Virus record (IMG/VR): IMGVR_UViG_3300005758_000017
Location: 1 to 64,000 of that record
DNA: 64,000 bases
Reading direction: 5' to 3' (one strand)
From: a virus
Taxonomy: Duplodnaviria > Caudoviricetes
The notes below the pieces were generated by a model that did no database searches, was not told where the DNA came from, and worked only from the letters and a program-made list of their open reading frames with translations. A program made the position numbers and the translations under genes. This document shows, piece by piece, positions 59,408-64,000 of the stretch (the first letter of the stretch is position 1; each line of letters starts with the position of its first letter).

Positions 59408-60067
59408 TTAGGCCGCTACTTTCTTTGATGGTCGTCCTCGGCCCCTCTTCGCTTCGGTCGCTGGCGATGGGGACGACTTTTCTTGGACGGCCGCGACCAC
59501 GCTTTTTGGGTCAAGCTTTTCCGCCTCCTCACGCAATCTACGAGCTTCGGCTTCAAAGCTATTTGCTTGCGCTCTAAACTTAGCGGCTAATTGAACATCG
59601 TCAATTACACCAGGTGGATTCCTAGTAGGTTCCGGTTGGGGTTGCTGTTGGCTAGGTGCATTTGTTGCAATGTCGCTTGAACGTGTAGCACCAGAAGAAG
59701 CCGCCTGCTCGTTGCTTAGTTGTTTCAACTCGCGATTTAAATCAACTAAGTTAATATTAACCCCTGGGCGAGGAGTCATTACAACAGACTTAGTTGGCAC
59801 CTTTACCATCCATCCACGCTGGTGGATAGTGTTTAGCATATTTGTACCATCATGAAAACTTTGACGGAACAAAAACTCGCTAGGATCTAAGCTAGCTTGG
59901 CAGTTAGTGCTTTCGATTGCACGAATCAAATCATCATGATATAATTGCGGCAAGTTGTCTGTTGGAATAACCAGCGCAGAATCTGAGTCGTTAGGTACTT
60001 CTCTAAATACCACAACAACCTTTTTCTGGTTGCCGTTTACGCCTACGTGTTTAATAAATTGTGCCAT
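59408..60067 (-). CDS. Hypothetical protein with a C-terminal AT-hook
   Basis: 219 aa, ending KRGRGRPSKK; AAGGAG SD. Confidence 0.7.
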   Translation of the reverse strand: MAQFIKHVGVNGNQKKVVVVFREVPNDSDSALVIPTDNLPQLYHDDLIRAIESTNCQASLDPSEFLFRQSFHDGTNMLNTIHQRGWMVKVPTKSVVMTPRPGVNINLVDLNRELKQLSNEQAASSGATRSSDIATNAPSQQQPQPEPTRNPPGVIDDVQLAAKFRAQANSFEAEARRLREEAEKLDPKSVVAAVQEKSSPSPATEAKRGRGRPSKKVAA

Positions 60068-60084
60068 AGCGGCTCCTTTCTAGT

Positions 60085-60327
60085 TTAAGCCTGCTCTGCG
60101 GTAACTTCTGCACTAGGCGCTTCTTCGCCTGTTGCTTCGTCGGCAGGTTGCTGTGGCTCGTTAGCTTTTAAGAAGGCGGCTAACTTGTTATACGTTGCAC
60201 CAATGATCTCCATTTCGGGTGCGCGGTAACCACCGCGTTGGGCTCCTAATTCAACCGCACCAGCTAACACTTTTAGATCTTGTAGTGTTAAGCCAATTGG
60301 TTGTTGAGCTTGTTCTTGTTGTTCCAT
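60085..60327 (-). CDS. Small acidic hypothetical protein
   Basis: 80 aa with an AGGAG SD; TAAGTA lies upstream at 60367-60372. Confidence 0.7.
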   Translation of the reverse strand: MEQQEQAQQPIGLTLQDLKVLAGAVELGAQRGGYRAPEMEIIGATYNKLAAFLKANEPQQPADEATGEEAPSAEVTAEQA

Positions 60328-60398
60328 TTGTTTCTCCTAGGTTATAGAACGGATTACATCCGCAAATACTTATAAGCAGAATCACCTAAGATTTAACC

Positions 60399-60426
60399 AA
60401 AAAAAAAACGCTCCCGAAGGAGCGTT
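60399..60426 (-). terminator. Intrinsic terminator ending the early AAA/VWA operon
   Basis: AACGCTCC-TTCG-GGAGCGTT followed by a T run on the minus strand. Confidence 0.9.
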
Positions 60427-60452
60427 AAAGGAGCAAACACCTACCACCCAAA

Positions 60453-61673
60453 TTAATGACGACTACGTCCAGAAGGAACATAGTTAGCAGTGATACCAAA
60501 CGGTGCTGTGATCTCGTTACTGCCATGCACAACAAACAGCGTGTCGCAGTAGTCTGGGTCACCCCAGCTACCACAAGGGTAGCCGTCTGTAAACATAACA
60601 AGTTGATGCGGTTGGATTTCGTTGTCTTTCATCCATTGCCACACACATTCGAAGCTAGTACCACCGCCTCCGGTAACTTCATACTCACCCATGCTTCGAC
60701 CGTCATCACCAGTAAAGGTGTCTTCATTATAAACGTCAGTATCAAATGTGATGATACGAACCTTATAAGAAGTAAACTGATCCAATGCACCTTGTACCAT
60801 GCCCAAGAAGTCCATAATCATGTCGTTGCCAATAGAGCCAGAAGCGTCTAATGCTACAACAATGTCAAGTTCCTCACCAGGCAACTGTCCGGGCATAACT
60901 GCACCAGTGTGCCACGCCTTACGATTAGGACGCATCCAAGTGTAGTCGCTCTTGACAGAACCAGAGAATTGAATACGCAACAGGTCCTTCAAGTCCATTA
61001 CAGGGGCAGTAATGTCCTTAACCAAACGTTGAATAGCACCAGGGGTGTTACCAGCACCTGCGTTTTTTGCGGCCTGGATAACAGCCTCACGCCATTCGTC
61101 GCGCAGAGCTTTCTTTTCTTCTTCAGTTAGCTTCTTGAACTTGGGCTTACCCTTGCCGTCCTTGTTGCCGTCCTTGCTGTCGCCATCGCTATCGCCTTCA
61201 CCATCGTCGTCACCGTCCATCTCCAAGTGGTCGTCGAGGGTCATCTTAATGACAGTAGCATTCTTCATCAGCTCGTCATAGACTTCGTCGGCTGTCATGC
61301 CTTCGTACTTACGATCTGCCAGGATAGGTACAGTAGTAATTGCGGTACCAACGCCTTCACGGATCAACATGTTGTTGATGACATAGTCGCCTGCCATGTT
61401 CCACACACCAGGGTCACGGTCCCCACGGCGTGTCATGTGATCAAAGATAATGTGGCCTAGTTCGTGTCCGAAGCCAAAGATCATCTCACCGTCAGACAGT
61501 TTAGAAACGAAGTCTGCATTGTAGTAAAACTTGCGGCCGTCTGTTGCAATAGTCTTGCACCATTCGACTTCTTCCAACTTTAGACGTGCCGCCAAAGGAC
61601 CCCAAAAGGGGTACTTCAACAACATAGCAACACGGCTTTTGACTAGCTTATCACGTGCGGGCATTTTAGACAT
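60453..61673 (-). CDS. DUF2201-type metallopeptidase-like + VWA domain protein
   Basis: TDGRKFYYN, HELGH (HExxH), MIDAS-like DASGS, GGGGTSF and FTDG. Confidence 0.9.
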   Translation of the reverse strand: MSKMPARDKLVKSRVAMLLKYPFWGPLAARLKLEEVEWCKTIATDGRKFYYNADFVSKLSDGEMIFGFGHELGHIIFDHMTRRGDRDPGVWNMAGDYVINNMLIREGVGTAITTVPILADRKYEGMTADEVYDELMKNATVIKMTLDDHLEMDGDDDGEGDSDGDSKDGNKDGKGKPKFKKLTEEEKKALRDEWREAVIQAAKNAGAGNTPGAIQRLVKDITAPVMDLKDLLRIQFSGSVKSDYTWMRPNRKAWHTGAVMPGQLPGEELDIVVALDASGSIGNDMIMDFLGMVQGALDQFTSYKVRIITFDTDVYNEDTFTGDDGRSMGEYEVTGGGGTSFECVWQWMKDNEIQPHQLVMFTDGYPCGSWGDPDYCDTLFVVHGSNEITAPFGITANYVPSGRSRH

Positions 61674-61705
61674 TTGGTGGCTCCAATTTGTTTCTTTATG
61701 TATCT

Positions 61706-61734
61706 ATTATACTACTCTTTGATCTGAAGGTCAA
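61706..61734 (-). promoter_or_regulatory. Early sigma70 promoter
   Basis: TTGACC-N17-TATAAT. Confidence 0.85.
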
Positions 61735-62062
61735 CCGTTTTTGTAGGTTTTTCTTTTGGACCTGACAAGTCCCATATCATTGCTACTTGTGGGTCTCTAA
61801 ACCAAACATGCTGTCTTGGTACAAAGTCCCAGTCCAATCTCTTTAAACCTTGTTCTCTGGCCCACTTGGTAACTTCATTAATTGTGGCTCCTTTGGGGTA
61901 GGTTCGGACGGACCAGCTCTTCCTTTGTTCGCGGAGCCACTCGCTAACATCAGAGGGGGTTGGTGGCTGGTCCGTCCAGACCTGTCGAGCTTCTGGGCCG
62001 TACATCATTTCAAGTACAGCCCAGTCTCTTGACCGCTTACTCGTCTGTGAGCAAGTTAGCAT
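61712..62062 (-). CDS. Hypothetical early protein (start uncertain; possibly ATG 62008)
   Basis: Trp-rich ORF between the AAA and VWA genes. Confidence 0.6.
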   Translation of the reverse strand: MLTCSQTSKRSRDWAVLEMMYGPEARQVWTDQPPTPSDVSEWLREQRKSWSVRTYPKGATINEVTKWAREQGLKRLDWDFVPRQHVWFRDPQVAMIWDLSGPKEKPTKTVDLQIKE

Positions 62063-63137
62063 AGCGTTTGAAGAACTCTGGGAAGTTGGTCATCTTCTTG
62101 CGATCAAACACAACCTTATAGTTCTTCAACACGGTGTGAGCACCCATGATAACCATTTCGGGTTCGAAATTAGCCATCATAAAACCCAACCAGTTGTCTG
62201 CACTCTTGTTGAACTCGTCCAACTTACCAGTACGCTTGCCTTCTTCGTAGCGAGTACGGAGTTCATAGCACAGGCTGGTAACCAGAGCGTATGCGGCAGA
62301 CACTTCCTTAGACTTGAAAGTGGTAACTTTGCCAGACAACACATCTGCAGGGTCGGGCAAGTCTGCGGCGTGCTTACGATGCGCCATAAACTTAATAGCC
62401 ATACCCTCACCAACCAAGCCAGACACCATATCGGTGTTAGCAGAGTCAGGCATGTCGTCATCCAACATGTCGCTTACGAAGCTCCAGGTACGCGGAGTAG
62501 CAAAAGCGCGGTCATGTTGCGTAGGATCAAAGTTGTACAGGTCACCTTTGAACTGCTTCAAGAAGCCTACCACGTGCGGATGCACCTGGTTCATAATAGC
62601 CCATTGTTCCCAGTCTTCAAAGTCCACACGGATTTCCAAGTGCATGAAGCGGTTAGCCAACGGACTAGGCATACGATAGGTAACACCCTTATCGCCCATA
62701 CGGTTACCTGCGGCAATCAGTGCCACGTTGTCAGGCAAAGTATACTGACCCACCTTGCGGTTAAGAATCAGCTGGTAAGCCGCGGCTTGAACAGCGGGAG
62801 GAGCAGAGTTCAGTTCGTCCAAGAACAAGAACACTACATCATGTTCCTTAGCAAATTCTGCGGTAGGCAGTTCTGAAGGGGTAGCCCACTTCATAGTGTT
62901 ATCGCCGGCGCTGTAATAAGGCACGCCTTTAATGTCAGTAGGGTCCATAAGCGCCATACGCAAATCGATAACTGCGGAGTTCGGGAACTCGCTGGCAACT
63001 TGGTTCACCATGTCAGACTTGCCAACACCGGGAGGACCCCAAATAAAGAGAGGACGGCGCTTTGCAACGGCACGTCGGAGAATAGGTTTGCACTCGCTAA
63101 TCTTTACGGTGCGGGTTTCGACAGTATTTTTTCCCAT
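62037..63137 (-). CDS. MoxR/dynein-related AAA+ ATPase
   Basis: Motifs WGPPGVGKS, FLDELN, AAGNR, PLANRF and ATPRTW. Confidence 0.92.
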   Translation of the reverse strand: MGKNTVETRTVKISECKPILRRAVAKRRPLFIWGPPGVGKSDMVNQVASEFPNSAVIDLRMALMDPTDIKGVPYYSAGDNTMKWATPSELPTAEFAKEHDVVFLFLDELNSAPPAVQAAAYQLILNRKVGQYTLPDNVALIAAGNRMGDKGVTYRMPSPLANRFMHLEIRVDFEDWEQWAIMNQVHPHVVGFLKQFKGDLYNFDPTQHDRAFATPRTWSFVSDMLDDDMPDSANTDMVSGLVGEGMAIKFMAHRKHAADLPDPADVLSGKVTTFKSKEVSAAYALVTSLCYELRTRYEEGKRTGKLDEFNKSADNWLGFMMANFEPEMVIMGAHTVLKNYKVVFDRKKMTNFPEFFKRYANLLTDE

Positions 63138-63173
63138 GGTGGCTCCTACTAAGGGTTTGGTTGATAAAAACTT

Positions 63174-63202
63174 ATTATAGCATAGGGTGAGGCATCTGTC
63201 AA
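63174..63202 (-). promoter_or_regulatory. Early sigma70 promoter
   Basis: TTGACA-N17-TATAAT. Confidence 0.9.
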
Positions 63203-63220
63203 TACCTCACCCCGTTGTAT

Positions 63221-63589
63221 TTAGGCAACAGCCTCGGTAACTTCAGCAGGCTTGACCTGAGCGACAAATTCGCTAGCATCAATCTGCTCCTTGGTCATCG
63301 GGCTAGGAAGCTCAACGAACTTGACATTAGTGCAACCTGCACGGACAAGGGTACGAGTACGGCGCTTGTCGTTGGTGTAGCGAAGTGCGCCACGGCCCTT
63401 TTTATCGACAGCATAGCCGACAAAAGTAAAAGTCTCGCCAGCGGCAACTTCTGCGATAGCGGCTTCAACAACGGCGGGTGCCACAACAGGCGCGGCAACT
63501 ACCATTTCCATGACACCAGCGGCTTTGGCACGAGCACGAGCCTCACGCTTACGGATGGCATCGGGGGTTTGCGAAAGAACTTTAGACAT
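63221..63589 (-). CDS. Hypothetical early protein (122 aa)
   Basis: The start is re-placed at ATG 63589 (MSKVLSQ) with a GGAG SD; Ala/Val-rich linker and a small C-terminal domain. Confidence 0.7.
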   Translation of the reverse strand: MSKVLSQTPDAIRKREARARAKAAGVMEMVVAAPVVAPAVVEAAIAEVAAGETFTFVGYAVDKKGRGALRYTNDKRRTRTLVRAGCTNVKFVELPSPMTKEQIDASEFVAQVKPAEVTEAVA

Positions 63590-63647
63590 AAAAACTCCAA
63601 TTTGTGTGTTGAGTGTGTTTATTGCAGAACCGTTCCGCAATAGTGTT

Positions 63648-63676
63648 ACTATACTACAGACCCAGATCCTTGTCAA
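63648..63676 (-). promoter_or_regulatory. Early sigma70 promoter
   Basis: TTGACA-N17-TATAGT. Confidence 0.85.
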
Positions 63677-63818
63677 CCTCTTTCTGGTTCTTAGCGTGTC
63701 GTTTATATGCAACACGACTCTTCTCAACACGGCCCTTAAAAGGGGTGTCAGCAGAGTACAGTTCCACACAACGGCGCTTAGGACGCTGAAGTTTGATTGT
63801 GATAGTAGTCCGTTTCAT
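63654..63818 (-). CDS. 54-aa basic peptide resembling alternative ribosome-rescue factor ArfA
   Basis: Below the track cutoff: MKRTTITIKLQRPKRRCVELYSADTPFKGRVEKSRVAYKRHAKNQKEVDKDLGL. It lies directly behind a consensus promoter. Confidence 0.6.
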   Translation of the reverse strand: MKRTTITIKLQRPKRRCVELYSADTPFKGRVEKSRVAYKRHAKNQKEVDKDLGL

Positions 63819-63827
63819 AGTGTATGT

Positions 63828-63856
63828 ATTATACCGCTTTTTGAGCCTGCGGTCAA
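63828..63856 (-). promoter_or_regulatory. Early sigma70 promoter
   Basis: TTGACC-N17-TATAAT, 9 nt before ATG 63818. Confidence 0.88.
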
Positions 63857-64000
63857 CCGGTTTTTGAAGTTTTTTGGCTCTTTTTTAGCCCAAAAAGTGT
63901 TGTTTTTTAACAACATTGCTTAAAAAATAGACAAATTAGTACTTTTTAGTACTTTGCTAGGTCCCTAGCATAGCGTAGCACCATGCTCATACGCCTAAAA

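Noticed and set aside
62136-62876. 246-aa plus-strand ORF over the AAA gene
   Set aside because: Antisense shadow in a GC-richer region; all promoters and SDs here point to the minus strand.
63935-63972. TAGTACTTT direct repeat and TGCTAG/CTAGCA hairpin near the window end
   Set aside because: Too short, and cut off by the window edge, to call a terminus or operator without flanking sequence.
1-64000. Stop-codon reassignment or inteins/introns in core genes
   Set aside because: Capsid, portal, gp46/47, ThyX and the 3580-aa ORF translate full-length in the standard code; TAA, TAG and TGA all serve as stops; no intein splice motifs were noticed.

Overview
A gene-dense 64 kb segment of a large, distantly T4-like myovirus (Caudoviricetes) genome, read in the standard genetic code; no tRNA, rRNA, CRISPR array or IS element was seen. 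From left to right: a repeat-built tail-fibre gene on the minus strand that runs off the window edge and is missing from the ORF track; a holin; the head module (gp23, gp22, gp21, gp20-like); tape measure; a tail-chaperone gene pair with a candidate -1 frameshift; a 660-bp ORF-free, helix-rich region directly downstream of a minimal GIY-YIG gene; an Hc1 histone-like gene; gp46/gp47, a MazG-like gene and the gp55 late sigma; the baseplate operon (gp53, hub, gp5, gp25, gp6 and a 3580-aa wedge/fibre protein); a fibre protein with a (GGY)n insert; a ~15.5-kb, 20-gene tailoring-enzyme cluster (GT-A glycosyltransferases, methyltransferase, cupin hydroxylases, GNAT-like and PP-loop enzymes, two membrane desaturases, ATP-grasp-like, thyX); and an early region with four consensus sigma70 promoters driving an ArfA-like peptide and a MoxR-AAA/VWA-metallopeptidase pair. 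Best candidates for something new: (1) a putative large structured ncRNA paired with a stand-alone GIY-YIG nuclease domain, (2) the late-expressed tailoring cluster beside a Gly/Tyr-repeat fibre, (3) a lambda G/GT-type frameshift in gp26/gp51-like genes, (4) a phage ArfA-like ribosome-rescue peptide, (5) systematically leaderless late genes. All family assignments come from motif recognition by eye, without database searches.
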